From an uncultured Lentisphaeria bacterium (GTDB lineage Bacteria; Verrucomicrobiota; Lentisphaeria; JABSQK01; JAJFLO01), in NCBI GenBank assembly GCA_951812855.1, contig CATOSW010000002.1, forward strand, positions 1 through 22,883: 22,883 nucleotides of DNA, written 5' to 3'. Every line of letters begins with the position of its first letter. Positions within the stretch are counted from its first letter, which is position 1. The translations under genes and the position numbers were made by a program. Under the pieces are notes generated by a model that saw only the letters and a program-made list of their open reading frames with translations, made no database searches and was not told where the DNA came from. Of the stretch, positions 10,236 through 20,175 are shown piece by piece.

Positions 10236-10301
10236 TATATTTTATTTCTCTATCACTTAACTAATTATTTCTACCTTATTAACGAGGGTTAGTGGTCGTC
10301 C

Positions 10302-10338
10302 ATTGATGGGGGTACCTTTATTTAACTCCCCCATCAAT
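10302..10338 (-). other. Perfect 11-bp stem-loop enclosing the cox3 stop codon
   Basis: attgatggggg (10302-10312) pairs with cccccatcaat (10328-10338). The 15-nt loop contains the cox3 TAA (10322-10324). Confidence 0.8.
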
Positions 10339-11107
10339 ATATGCAAACATAAAGAAACAATCAAACTACATCCACAAAATGTCAATATCAGGCTGAGGCC
10401 TCAAATCCAAAGTGATGGTGTCGGGTTAATTGGTATGCTATCAATCTTACTAAACATACCATTAAAAATGTTGTTCCGATTATTACATGGAGACCATGAA
10501 AGCCTGTGGCTACGAAGAAAGTTGAACCATATACTGAGTCTGATATAGCAAAAGGAGCCTCATAATACTCCATTGCTTGTAAACTTGTAAATAATATACC
10601 TAATAATACAGTTAATGTTAACCCTATTATTGCTTCTTTTCTTTTACCACTAATAATACCATGATGAGCTCAAGTTACAGTTGCCCCTGAACTTAATAAA
10701 ACAGCTGTATTTAATAAAGGAACAGAAAATGGGTTCAATACGTCAACTCCCTTAGGTGGTCAAACTGCTCCTATTTCTATAGCAGGTGCTAAGCTACTAT
10801 GAAAGAAGGCTCAAAAAAACGAAAAGAAAAAACAAACTTCTGAAATTATGAATAAGATCATTCCATACTTTAATCCTTGTTTTACTATTAATGTGTGGTG
10901 TCCTTGAAAAGTAGACTCTCTAATTACATCTCGCCATCATACGATCATTGTAAACCCTAATGTAGTTAACCCTAAAAGTACTACTCAAGCTTGATTATAA
11001 TGAAAATACATTACAGCCCCAATAGTAGTAAATAAAGCTCCACAACCACCTATATAGGGCCATGGGCTTGGATCTACTAAGTGATAAGGATGATATTGAT
11101 GTGACAT
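10322..11107 (-). CDS. cox3: Cytochrome c oxidase subunit 3
   Basis: ATG at 11107-11105 ([17 protein letters not shown]...). I checked the frame codon by codon and found only TGA=Trp. The end reads ...[22 protein letters not shown], then TAA at 10324-10322. 261 aa. Confidence 0.96.
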
Positions 11108-11108
11108 T

Positions 11109-11165
11109 TATCGACTGTGAGATTTGAACTCACTTAACCAAAGAAATAAAAAATTTTTAGTCGAT
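11109..11165 (-). ncRNA. Truncated tRNA-like element (acceptor, possible D-arm and T-arm; no anticodon arm) abutting the cox3 start
   Basis: Reverse complement: atcgact-aa-aaat-ttttt-attt-ctttggttaa-gtgag-ttcaaat-ctcac-agtcgat-a. The 7-bp acceptor and 5-bp T-arm with a TTCAAAT loop are both perfect. 57 nt. No 17-nt window folds as an anticodon arm. The 3' end lies 1 nt from the cox3 ATG. Confidence 0.55.
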
Positions 11166-11173
11166 TTTATTAA

Positions 11174-11246
11174 AACATCCAGCAGGAATTGAACCTACAA
11201 CCATTTACTTAGAAGGTAAATGCTCTACCAATTGAGCTATGGGTGT
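11174..11246 (-). tRNA. trnR: tRNA-Arg (anticodon UCU)
   Basis: Reverse complement: acceptor acaccca/tggatgt (one C:A mismatch), D-arm gctc-aattggta-gagc, anticodon stem tttac/gtaaa, loop cttctaa, T-arm gtagg-ttcaatt-cctgc. Confidence 0.88.
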
Positions 11247-11250
11247 TTGG

Positions 11251-11272
11251 GGCGCCGATTTAATCCGTCGCC
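11251..11272 (-). other. Imperfect GC-rich stem-loop between the atp6 stop and trnR(UCU)
   Basis: ggcg-c-cg (11251-11257) pairs with cg-t-cgcc (11266-11272). 6 bp with one mismatch. Confidence 0.4.
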
Positions 11273-11290
11273 TATATGGTGTGTAATAAA

Positions 11291-12028
11291 TTAATGTAAT
11301 GCTACTGTATCCCCTAAATAAATTGTCGTTAACAAACAAAACACATAGGCCTGTATTACAGCTACAGCCATCTCTAAAAGTGTAATAAATATCATTATCA
11401 GCATAGGAAATACACTTAAAAGAGCAAGTCCATTAGTTAACATATCAAAAGTAAAGCCCGATAATATTGCAAATAAAAGGTGTCCTGCTGATAAATTTGC
11501 TGCTAGTCGAACTCCTAATGAAATAGCTCGAGATAAATAACTAATTGTCTCAATTAGCACTAAAAAGGGAGCTAAAACTAATGGCGCACCTCCTGGCACA
11601 AATAAACTCATAAAGTTTGCTCTAAACTTAAATAACCCAATTATTGTAACTCCTATTAGTATTGACAATGATAAACCAAAAGTTACTATTATGTGTACTG
11701 TTGGTGTAAAGACATAAGGGAATAACCCAAAAACATTCAATAATACAATAAAAATAAAGAGACATAGTACAAATGGGAAATATTTAGCCCCCTCTTTGCC
11801 TAAGTTATCTCTTACCATTGTACGGATAGCTGAGTGCATTAATTCCATAATTAATTGTCATCTTGTTGGTATAATTTTTTCCCCCTTAAACAATAATCAA
11901 AACACAGTAATTACAGATAACATCATTAATGATGAATTAGTAAAACTTACTGCGAAGTCCCCTAAAAATGGGGCTCGTATTGTTATTAAACTAACAATAT
12001 TAAACTGATCAAAATATGCTGCTGTCAT
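11291..12028 (-). CDS. atp6: ATP synthase F0 subunit a (subunit 6)
   Basis: ATG at 12028-12026 (MTAAYFDQFNIV...). The frame is joined to ORF 11291..11848 through two TGA=Trp codons and was checked codon by codon. TAA at 11293-11291. 245 aa. Confidence 0.95.
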
Positions 12029-12029
12029 T

Positions 12030-12230
12030 TTATAGTTGTAACAACTTTTTGATAAGTTGTGGGTCTGTCGTTTTTCTTAAAACCTTAGAACTAAGGGGTG
12101 TTGATCTTATCTTCAAAATCTTTTCAATTTGAGGTAATATTTTTGTTACTAGTAAAGAAAATAAGATGAATAAAGCTATTAATGTTCAAGTATACTGCGT
12201 TAAAAAGGTTACTGTATCTAATTGTGGCAT
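12030..12230 (-). CDS. atp8: ATP synthase F0 subunit 8
   Basis: ATG at 12230-12228. The N-terminus MPQLDTVTFLTQYTW is the canonical atp8 signature. TAA at 12032-12030, 1 nt before the atp6 ATG. 66 aa. Confidence 0.88.
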
Positions 12231-12233
12231 TTA

Positions 12234-12305
12234 TAGGTGTTGAAAGGATCGAACTTCCGACCATTGTGGTGTAAACACAACACTCTACCGCTGAGTTAAA
12301 CTCCT
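12234..12305 (-). tRNA. trnV: tRNA-Val (anticodon UAC), minus-strand copy
   Basis: The reverse complement matches the plus copy at 16322..16393 at 70 of 72 positions. Anticodon loop tttacac. Acceptor aggagtt/aacacct has an A:A mismatch at 4:69. Confidence 0.88.
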
Positions 12306-12355
12306 AATTTCTCCACATAATCAATATATTTCATACCTTGTAAATAATTGTTATT

Positions 12356-12428
12356 AGCCTTTAGTAGGAATTGAACCCACACTATTTTACTTACAAGGTA
12401 AATGCTCTACCAATTAAGCTATAAAGGC
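12356..12428 (-). tRNA. trnT: tRNA-Thr (anticodon UGU), copy 2
   Basis: Identical to 8756..8828 except A12416 versus G8816, which changes a D-stem C:G pair to U:G. The offset is exactly 3,600 bp. Confidence 0.9.
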
Positions 12429-12437
12429 TTGATATCA

Positions 12438-12456
12438 GCGTACTTTTTTAGTACGC
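12438..12456 (-). other. Stem-loop between the nad1 stop and trnT copy 2
   Basis: gcgtac (12438-12443) pairs with gtacgc (12451-12456). Loop tttttta. Confidence 0.55.
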
Positions 12457-12473
12457 CGCAATTATTCGTTTAT

Positions 12474-13457
12474 TTATATACCACCAAAAGGAGGTAAACC
12501 ATTAAACCCAATAAGAATGCTAGACACTAATACAACAAGGCCTAAACTGAGGGGTAAATATGATTTTCAAAGTAGAGCCATTAATTGATCATATCGAATT
12601 CTAGGGAAAGATGCCCTAACTCAGATGAATAAGAATATTATTAAGGCTGTTTTAATTGCAAATCATACTACACTTCCTTTAAAAATTGACTCCATCATTG
12701 GAGCTTTCCATCCCCCTAAAAATAAAATAGTAGTAAAAGCACTCATTAAAATTATATGACCATATTCAGCTAAAAAAAATAAGGCAAAAGACATTGAAGA
12801 ATATTCTACATTATAACCCGAAACTAGTTCTGACTCTCCTTCTGTTAAATCAAATGGAGCTCTGTTTGTTTCAGCTAAAGCGGAAACAATAAACATAATA
12901 GCAGCGGGAAAAAGAGGAAATATGAATCATATTTTACTTTGAGCTGTTACAATGTCTGTAATGTTTAATGAACCTGCGCATAATACAACAGAAATTATTA
13001 TTAACCCAATTGATACCTCATAACTTACCATTTGTGCTGCTGCCCTAATTGCACCTAAAAAGGCATATTTAGAGTTACTTGCCCATCCTGACATTAATAT
13101 TGAATAAACACTTATTGACGAAACTGCAAATAAGTATAATATTCCTATATTTAAATCACTTAAAACTACATTTTGTGTAAAAGGTATAACAGCTCAAGCT
13201 ATAAAAGCTAAAACTAATGATAAAATTGGAGCCATTATATATATGAAAATGTTAGCATGGTTAGGAATAATCATTTCTTTTGTAAATAATTTTACACCAT
13301 CTGCTATAGGTTGCAATAAACCATATACTCCAACAACATTAGGTCCTTTTCTACACTGCATATACCCTAATACTTTCCGTTCTGCTAAGGTTAAATAAGC
13401 GATTGAGATTAATAATGGGATTATTATTGCTAATATTTTAATTATTGTCGCGAGCAT
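12474..13457 (-). CDS. nad1: NADH dehydrogenase subunit 1
   Basis: ATG at 13457-13455 ([40 protein letters not shown]). The frame links ORFs 13194..13502 and 12663..12896, with gaps checked codon by codon (only TGA). TAA at 12476-12474. 327 aa. Confidence 0.95.
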
Positions 13458-13475
13458 CTCCTTTTTCTTTCTACA

Positions 13476-13548
13476 TTGGTATGGATGGATTTGAACCATC
13501 AACCTTTAAGTTAAAAGCCTACTACTCTACCAATTGAGTTACACACCA
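13476..13548 (-). tRNA. trnK: tRNA-Lys (anticodon UUU)
   Basis: Reverse complement: acceptor tggtgtg/catacca, D-arm actc-aattggta-gagt, anticodon loop cttttaa (stem 4 bp plus a G:A pair), T-arm gatgg-ttcaaat-ccatc. Confidence 0.85.
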
Positions 13549-13550
13549 AA

Positions 13551-13622
13551 ATGCGTTAATAGGATTTGAACCTATATAAGAAGTTTTGCAAACAACTGCA
13601 ATACCAATTATGCTATAACGCA
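13551..13622 (-). tRNA. trnC: tRNA-Cys (anticodon GCA) with an aberrant anticodon stem
   Basis: Reverse complement: acceptor tgcgtta/taacgca (perfect), T-arm atagg-ttcaaat-cctat, anticodon loop ttgcaaa. Stem gttgt/acttc carries two adjacent U:U mismatches. The alternative fold is a 4-bp stem with an 8-nt loop. Confidence 0.75.
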
Positions 13623-13643
13623 ACAATAAGTTTATTTTTTACA

Positions 13644-13713
13644 CGAGGTTACCGGGACTCGAACCCGGATTAATTACTCGACAAGCAAGCGTTTTTCTTT
13701 AAACTATAACCCC
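13644..13713 (-). tRNA. trnD: tRNA-Asp (anticodon GUC)
   Basis: Reverse complement: acceptor ggggtta/taacctc, D-arm gttt-aaagaa-aaac, anticodon loop ttgtcga, T-arm ccggg-ttcgagt-cccgg. Confidence 0.88.
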
Positions 13714-13747
13714 CCTCTTATTTAAACATACATTTATTTTATCTTAA

Positions 13748-13832
13748 AGGAAAGAATGGGATTTGAACCCATGAGCCCACAAAAGGGCTGTTGTTTTCAA
13801 GACAACCGCATTAACCACTCTGCCATCTTTCC
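13748..13832 (-). tRNA. trnS: tRNA-Ser (anticodon UGA) with a long variable arm
   Basis: Reverse complement: acceptor ggaaaga/tctttcc, anticodon stem gttgt/acaac, loop cttgaaa, 17-nt variable arm (agccc...gggct), T-arm atggg-ttcaaat-cccat. 85 nt. Confidence 0.92.
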
Positions 13833-13845
13833 TCCCAATTCGGGC

Positions 13846-15411
<1,566 letters not shown>

Positions 15412-15531
15412 GTTATCTCTCTGCACAATAAGTCGTTGGCTCAAATTTCGTACAAATCTGGCGGCTTACACATACCGCGTGATATGCACACAATGGCGGC
15501 CGATAGTGTATGTACATGCTGTAAGATAAAA
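15412..15531. promoter_or_regulatory. Largest non-coding spacer, between divergent cox1 and cox2; candidate control region with bidirectional transcription start
   Basis: This is the only place where the two gene blocks diverge. It appears relatively GC-rich. tggcggc occurs twice (15459-15465 and 15494-15500). There is a palindrome atgtacat (15510-15517) and an inverted pair acatac (15470-15475) / gtatgt (15508-15513). Confidence 0.5.
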
Positions 15532-16281
15532 ATGTCAGTGGATGCACTATGGGGTTTATCCTTGGGGTTTAAAGATGTACCTGAACCGTGACAATTAGGC
15601 TTTCAAGATGCGGCCAGCCCTGTTATGGAGGAGGTTATATATTTTCATGATCAAATAATGTTTATATTAATGATAATCATCACGACAGTATTGTGATTGA
15701 TTATGCGTGCTTTGACTGGTAAACATTATGACAGATATTTAACAGATGGTACTTTAATAGAAATTATTTGAACTCTTATCCCCGCAGCAATCTTAATATT
15801 CATAGCGTTTCCTTCTTTAAAATTATTATATTTAATGGACGAAGTAGTAGACCCAGCCCTAACTATTAAAGCAATAGGGCATCAATGGTACTGATCTTAC
15901 GAATACTCAGACTATCCAACAGACACTTTAGAGTTTGACTCATATATGGTTCCTACATCAGATTTAGAAAGTGGGGATTTAAGATTATTAGAGGTGGATA
16001 ATAGACTAGTCGTGCCAATACAAACACAAGTAAGAGTGCTAGTGACTGGGGCGGACGTAATACATTCATTTGCAGTACCGTCTTTAGGTGTTAAAATAGA
16101 CGCGGTACCAGGGCGTTTAAATCAAACAAGTTTTTTTGTAAAAAGGCCGGGAATATTTTATGGTCAATGTTCAGAAATATGTGGGGCAAATCATTCTTTT
16201 ATGCCTATAGTTGTAGAAGCAGTTTCTTTAGATAAGTATATACATTGAGTAGAGTCTCAAGCTAATGAGCTTACAGACTAG
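15532..16281 (+). CDS. cox2: Cytochrome c oxidase subunit 2 (start ambiguous)
   Basis: The frame of ORF 15946..16248 extends upstream through TGA=Trp to ...[20 protein letters not shown]. In-frame ATGs occur at 15532, 15493 and 15484. I chose 15532 because it gives the usual short N-terminus. TAG at 16279-16281. The CuA site [12 protein letters not shown] is present. Confidence 0.9.
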
Positions 16282-16291
16282 TTATACGTTG

Positions 16292-16308
16292 GGCCCCCTA
16301 ATGGGGCC
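16292..16308 (+). other. GC-rich stem-loop between the cox2 stop and trnV
   Basis: ggcccc (16292-16297) pairs with ggggcc (16303-16308). Loop ctaat. Confidence 0.6.
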
Positions 16309-16321
16309 TGTGCAAGAAATT

Positions 16322-16393
16322 AGGTGTTTAACTCAGTGGTAGAGTGTTGTGTTTACACCACAATGGTCGGAAGTTCGATCCTTTCAACACCTA
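16322..16393 (+). tRNA. trnV: tRNA-Val (anticodon UAC), plus-strand copy
   Basis: Acceptor aggtgtt/aacacct (perfect), D-arm actc-agtggta-gagt, anticodon stem ttgtg/cacaa, loop tttacac, T-arm ggaag-ttcgatc-ctttc. Confidence 0.93.
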
Positions 16394-18897
16394 TAAAAGT
16401 TAGTATTAACGAGTAACGAATGGATGACTAGGTTGTTCCAAATGGACGTAAAAAAAAACGAAATGTCGACTATAAGAAATTGTGAATGTCGAATATCCAC
16501 ACGGGAAACCAATAAAAAGTAACCCTGGGAACTGAAACATCTTAGTACCAGGAGGAAAAGAAATCAAGCGAGATTCCGTAAGTAGCGGCGAGCGAAAGCG
16601 GATTTTTAGATAGATCAAAATCCAAAGAGGGTATGAGTCCCGTAGATCTATCCTAAAGTCTTTATAGTAGAACTATTTGAAGATAGGTGAATCACACATC
16701 TAAGACTAAATATTGGAACAATCCGATAGTGAACAAGTACTGTGAAGGAAAGTTGAAAGAGAGTAAATATCCTAAAGCCCTAGAGGTAAATGGATATGAA
16801 GTGAAACAGAGCCTGAAATTCGTTAACTTACAAGCAGTGTGTAAACACGTACCTTTTGTATAATGGGTTCGCGAGAATAAGATTTGGCAAACTTAAGTTG
16901 ATAAACGAAGGTGTAGCGAAAGCAAGTTTTAATAGAGCGAAACATTTCAGTCAAATTTAACCCGAAACCAAGTGATCTAGTCATGGACAGTTTGAAGCTA
17001 ATTTAACAGTTAGTGAAGGAACGAACCGGTGATTGTAGCAAAAATCTCGGATGATCTGTGACTAGCAGTGAAATGCTAATCGAACTTGGAAATAGCTGGT
17101 TTTCTGCGAAATCTATATAAGTAGAGCATCATACATTATTCTTACATTGTAAAGCACTAGATGGTGTTGGAGGCACTAAGCCGGCCACATCAACTAAACT
17201 CTGAATGTGGAAGAATTTAAGTATGGTAGACAGACAATAGGCGACCAGGTCTATTGTCGAGAGGGGAACAGCCCAGATCAGAAGTTAAGGTCACGAAAAA
17301 ACTCTAAGTGTAAAAGGGAATCTATCAATTAAGACAATGAGGAAGTAGGCTTGGAGCCAGCCATCTTTGTAAGATTACGTAACAGTTCACTCAATGAATT
17401 TATAGATCCCAAAAATTAAGGTGGCTTAAGTTTTAACCGAAACTCTGAATAATGTATATGGTAGCAGAACGTACTGTATAAAACTAGCGAAAGCGTGTAT
17501 CAGTAGTGATAATGCGAACATGAGTAAAAAACAGTGTGAGAAACACTGATCACCGCCTAAGGGTTCCAATTAAAGGGTAATCCTAATTGGGTTAGACAGC
17601 CCCTAAGAGACACTGCCAAAGCAAATTCTTAATGGGTTATCCAATAATCTACGCTCTAATGGGCCAAGAAATAATTATTGGATGAGGACTGTACTATAAA
17701 CTGACTCAAGTGGGCGTAAAGTGATGGTAAAATTTATCTTAAGGAACTCGGCAAAATAACCCCGTAAGTTCGCAAGAAGGGGTACCAACTTAATCCCGTA
17801 ATCAATCGTGGATTAAATGGTCGCAGAAAAGAGGGAGTGCCGACTGTTTACCAAAAACACAGCTTCCAGCAAATATTAGAAATAGTAGTATTGGAGGTGA
17901 GGCCTGCCCAATGATTGTATCCAAAACCAAGTGGTGATTAAGCTATTTGGATAAGGACAATTAAATGGCCGCGGTAAAACTGACCGTGATAATGTAGCGC
18001 AATCAATAGCCAATTAATTGTTGGCAAGTATGAATGGCGTAACGAGTGCTCCACTGTCTCAAGATAAAAACCAATGAAATTGAATTCGTAGTGAAGATGC
18101 TACGTACAAATTGTTAGACGAGAAGACCCCATTGAGCTTTACTGGAAACTTATACTGTTCACATCAAATTAATTGTATTATTGGTGGGAAGAGTGTATAA
18201 ACATTCTAAAACCACTCTTTAATTTTGAGGGGGACTTAGACGGCAAAACCGACGAAACGTGTAAGTCAGACAGTTTGGTTGGGGCGACCGCCTTCTAAAA
18301 AGTAACGAAGGCGTACACAGGGTAAAGATATAATAGTATAAAGCCTGACTGTAAAGATGACAATCTGAGCAGGGCCTATATGGGCGGTTATAATGACCCG
18401 TTAATATAGAGTGAAATAGTTAACGATCAACGGATAAAAGTTACCATGGGGATAACAGCGTAATATCGTTCAAGAGTTCATATCGACGACGATGTTTGCG
18501 ACCTCGATGTTGAATTGCGGTATCCTGGAGGTGCAGCCGTTTCCAAGGGTTGGACTGTTCGTCCATTAAAACCGTACATGATTTGAGTTCAGTGCATCGT
18601 GAGATAGCACGGTTTCTATCTACAATTTGTAAAGGAAACATTATATATATTATCTTCTAGTACGAAAGGACCGAAGGATAATCGTCCACTGGTGTACCAA
18701 TTGTAATTACATGTTGGGTAGCTACGACGAAAAGTATAATCGCTGAATGCATCTAAAGCGAGAAGACTAATATAATTTTTTGTTTCCGTCGTTTAACGAC
18801 TCAGGGCCGTTCAAGATAAGGACGTTAATAGGATCTGTGTGTGAGCTACGGCAACGTAGTCCGCTTAAGATTACTAATGCCCGGCATACTGATTTTT
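16394..18897 (+). rRNA. rnl: Large-subunit (16S/23S-like) ribosomal RNA; ends approximate
   Basis: Conserved LSU blocks are present: gggaactgaaacatcttagtaccaggaggaaaagaaatcaagcgagattccgtaagtagcggcgagcgaaa (5' domain), gacggaaagaccc-like gacgagaagaccccattgagctttactg, the peptidyl-transferase region ggataacagcgtaatatcg...cgatgtttgcgacctcgatgttgaattg, and a 3' end ...gattactaatgcccgg. Confidence 0.92.
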
Positions 18898-18903
18898 TCA
18901 AGC

Positions 18904-18924
18904 CCGTCCGCTTGCCGCGGGCGG
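18904..18924 (+). other. GC-rich stem-loop between the rnl 3' end and tatC
   Basis: ccgtccgc (18904-18911) pairs with gcgggcgg (18917-18924), 8 bp including one G:U. Loop ttgcc. Confidence 0.7.
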
Positions 18925-18939
18925 AAGTTTTAAGATAGT

Positions 18940-19668
18940 TTGACTAGACATTTAAATGAATTAAAGTTAAGAGGAATTTATTTAATTTTAGGTTTTATAA
19001 TAACAATAGTTATAGGTTATAATTATTGTGAAGAAATAATATTTTTAGTTTTTTATTTAAATTCTATGAATGATGAAATTCAATTAAAACTAATTTTGAC
19101 CAATGTATATGAAGGGTTATTTTCTTATTTATTAATCTCTTGTGGTCTTGCTTTTTTTGTAATGATACCTATAATTATTTTTCAATTAATTTTATTTATA
19201 GCTCCTGGTTATCATTACTATGAGTATAGAGTATTATTAAAATCTTTTTTATTGTGTATTATAACTTATTTATTAACTATTTACATTGGATATAGCTGAA
19301 TTAATCCGGTAATATTAAAATTTGTGGGAGGGTTCTCTTCTACTTATCCCCCCATAGAAGTTAATATTAAAGCGAGTGAGTTATCTAATTATTTAATAAA
19401 ATTAACTGGCTTAATCGTATGTATGGGTATTATAATAACTTTATTATGATTTGCTCCTTCTTTTATGCCCTCACGTTTTATAATTAAACACTGATGGATA
19501 AGACCTACAATAATTATAGCAAGTCTGATGATAGGAGCCATTTTATCTCCATCGGATATAATCATTCAATGTTTAATCGCTGCACCTATTTATTGTTTTT
19601 TTGAAATCTGACTATTTTTATTTTTATTGAAAGACCAGTATAATAAAAGGAATAACCCCACTAAATAA
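18940..19668 (+). CDS. tatC: Twin-arginine translocase subunit C (TatC/MttB) homologue, non-ATG (TTG) start inferred
   Basis: ORF 18940..19299 continues through four TGA=Trp codons to TAA (19666-19668). 242 aa and polytopic. The N-terminus HLNELKLRGIY resembles the bacterial TatC HLxELRxRL motif. The C-terminal ILSPSDIIIQCLIAAPIYCFFEI resembles the LTPPDVxSQ...P...FE motif. TAA at 18931 lies upstream in frame, and the first in-frame ATG is about 42 codons downstream. Confidence 0.85.
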
Positions 19669-19671
19669 ATT

Positions 19672-19742
19672 TGGGAGTTAGCTTAATGGTAAAGCATTGG
19701 ACCTTGGACCCGACAATGTGGGTTCGATTCCCACACTCCTAT
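19672..19742 (+). tRNA. trnQ: tRNA-Gln (anticodon UUG)
   Basis: Acceptor tgggagt/actccta, D-arm gctt-aatggta-aagc, anticodon loop ccttgga (stem ttgga/cccga with one A:C mismatch), T-arm gtggg-ttcgatt-cccac. Confidence 0.82.
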
Positions 19743-19747
19743 TGTCC

Positions 19748-19819
19748 TCTACAATAGCTTAATGGTAAAGCTTTTGGCTGTTAACCAAAAGAATATCAGT
19801 TCGATTCTGATTTGTAGAG
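19748..19819 (+). tRNA. trnN: tRNA-Asn (anticodon GUU)
   Basis: Acceptor tctacaa/ttgtaga, anticodon stem tttgg/ccaaa, loop ctgttaa, T-arm atcag-ttcgatt-ctgat. Confidence 0.92.
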
Positions 19820-19828
19820 TAATATTTA

Positions 19829-19899
19829 AGGAGATTCGGTTAATGGTAGGCCAGTAGCCTTCAAAGTTATTAGCATTGGTTCGATTCCAGTATCTCCTG
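19829..19899 (+). tRNA. trnW: tRNA-Trp (anticodon UCA, decodes UGA and UGG)
   Basis: Acceptor aggagat/atctcct, anticodon stem gtagc/gttat, loop cttcaaa, T-arm attgg-ttcgatt-ccagt. Confidence 0.9.
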
Positions 19900-19909
19900 A
19901 ATGAAAATA

Positions 19910-19982
19910 AGGCTGATAGCTTATTTGGTAAAGCATGTTGCTCATAACAATAAGAAAGTTGGTTCGAGTCCAACTCAGTCTA
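19910..19982 (+). tRNA. tRNA with CAU anticodon (Met or Ile-lysidine; not resolved)
   Basis: Acceptor aggctga/tcagtct, D-arm gctt-atttggta-aagc, anticodon stem tgttg/caata, loop ctcataa, T-arm gttgg-ttcgagt-ccaac. Confidence 0.88.
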
Positions 19983-19999
19983 GTACTATCTAACCCCTA

Positions 20000-20072
20000 T
20001 AGCAAGCAGCTTAATTGGTTGAGCTTTCCATTGATAATGGAAGGGTAATTGGTTCAAATCCAATCTTGCTAG
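20000..20072 (+). tRNA. trnI: tRNA-Ile (anticodon GAU)
   Basis: Acceptor tagcaag/cttgcta, D-arm gctt-aattggtt-gagc, anticodon stem ttcca/tggaa, loop ttgataa, T-arm attgg-ttcaaat-ccaat. Confidence 0.93.
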
Positions 20073-20074
20073 TA

Positions 20075-20157
20075 AGTGAGATGGCAGAGAGGTTAATGCG
20101 CTCCGCTGTAAACGGAGTCCGTGAAAACGGTCGAGAGTTCGAATCTCTCTCTCACTA
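20075..20157 (+). tRNA. trnY: tRNA-Tyr (anticodon GUA) with a long, bacterial-type variable arm
   Basis: Acceptor agtgaga/tctcact, anticodon stem ctccg/cggag, loop ctgtaaa, 15-nt variable arm (tccg-tgaaaa-cgg), T-arm gagag-ttcgaat-ctctc. 83 nt. Confidence 0.92.
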
Positions 20158-20175
20158 AATAATTATACTTAGTTG

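Noticed and set aside
10303-10548. 81-aa plus-strand ORF
   Set aside because: Antisense to the cox3 3' end and its downstream spacer.
11796-12008. 70-aa plus-strand ORF
   Set aside because: Antisense to atp6.
16406-18641. Minus-strand ORFs 16406..16618 and 18441..18641
   Set aside because: Both lie inside rnl, antisense to conserved LSU rRNA blocks. I saw no sign of an intron or a homing-endonuclease ORF interrupting the rRNA.
19749-19973. 74-aa minus-strand ORF
   Set aside because: It runs antisense across trnN, trnW and a CAU tRNA, so it is an artefact of the tRNA cluster.
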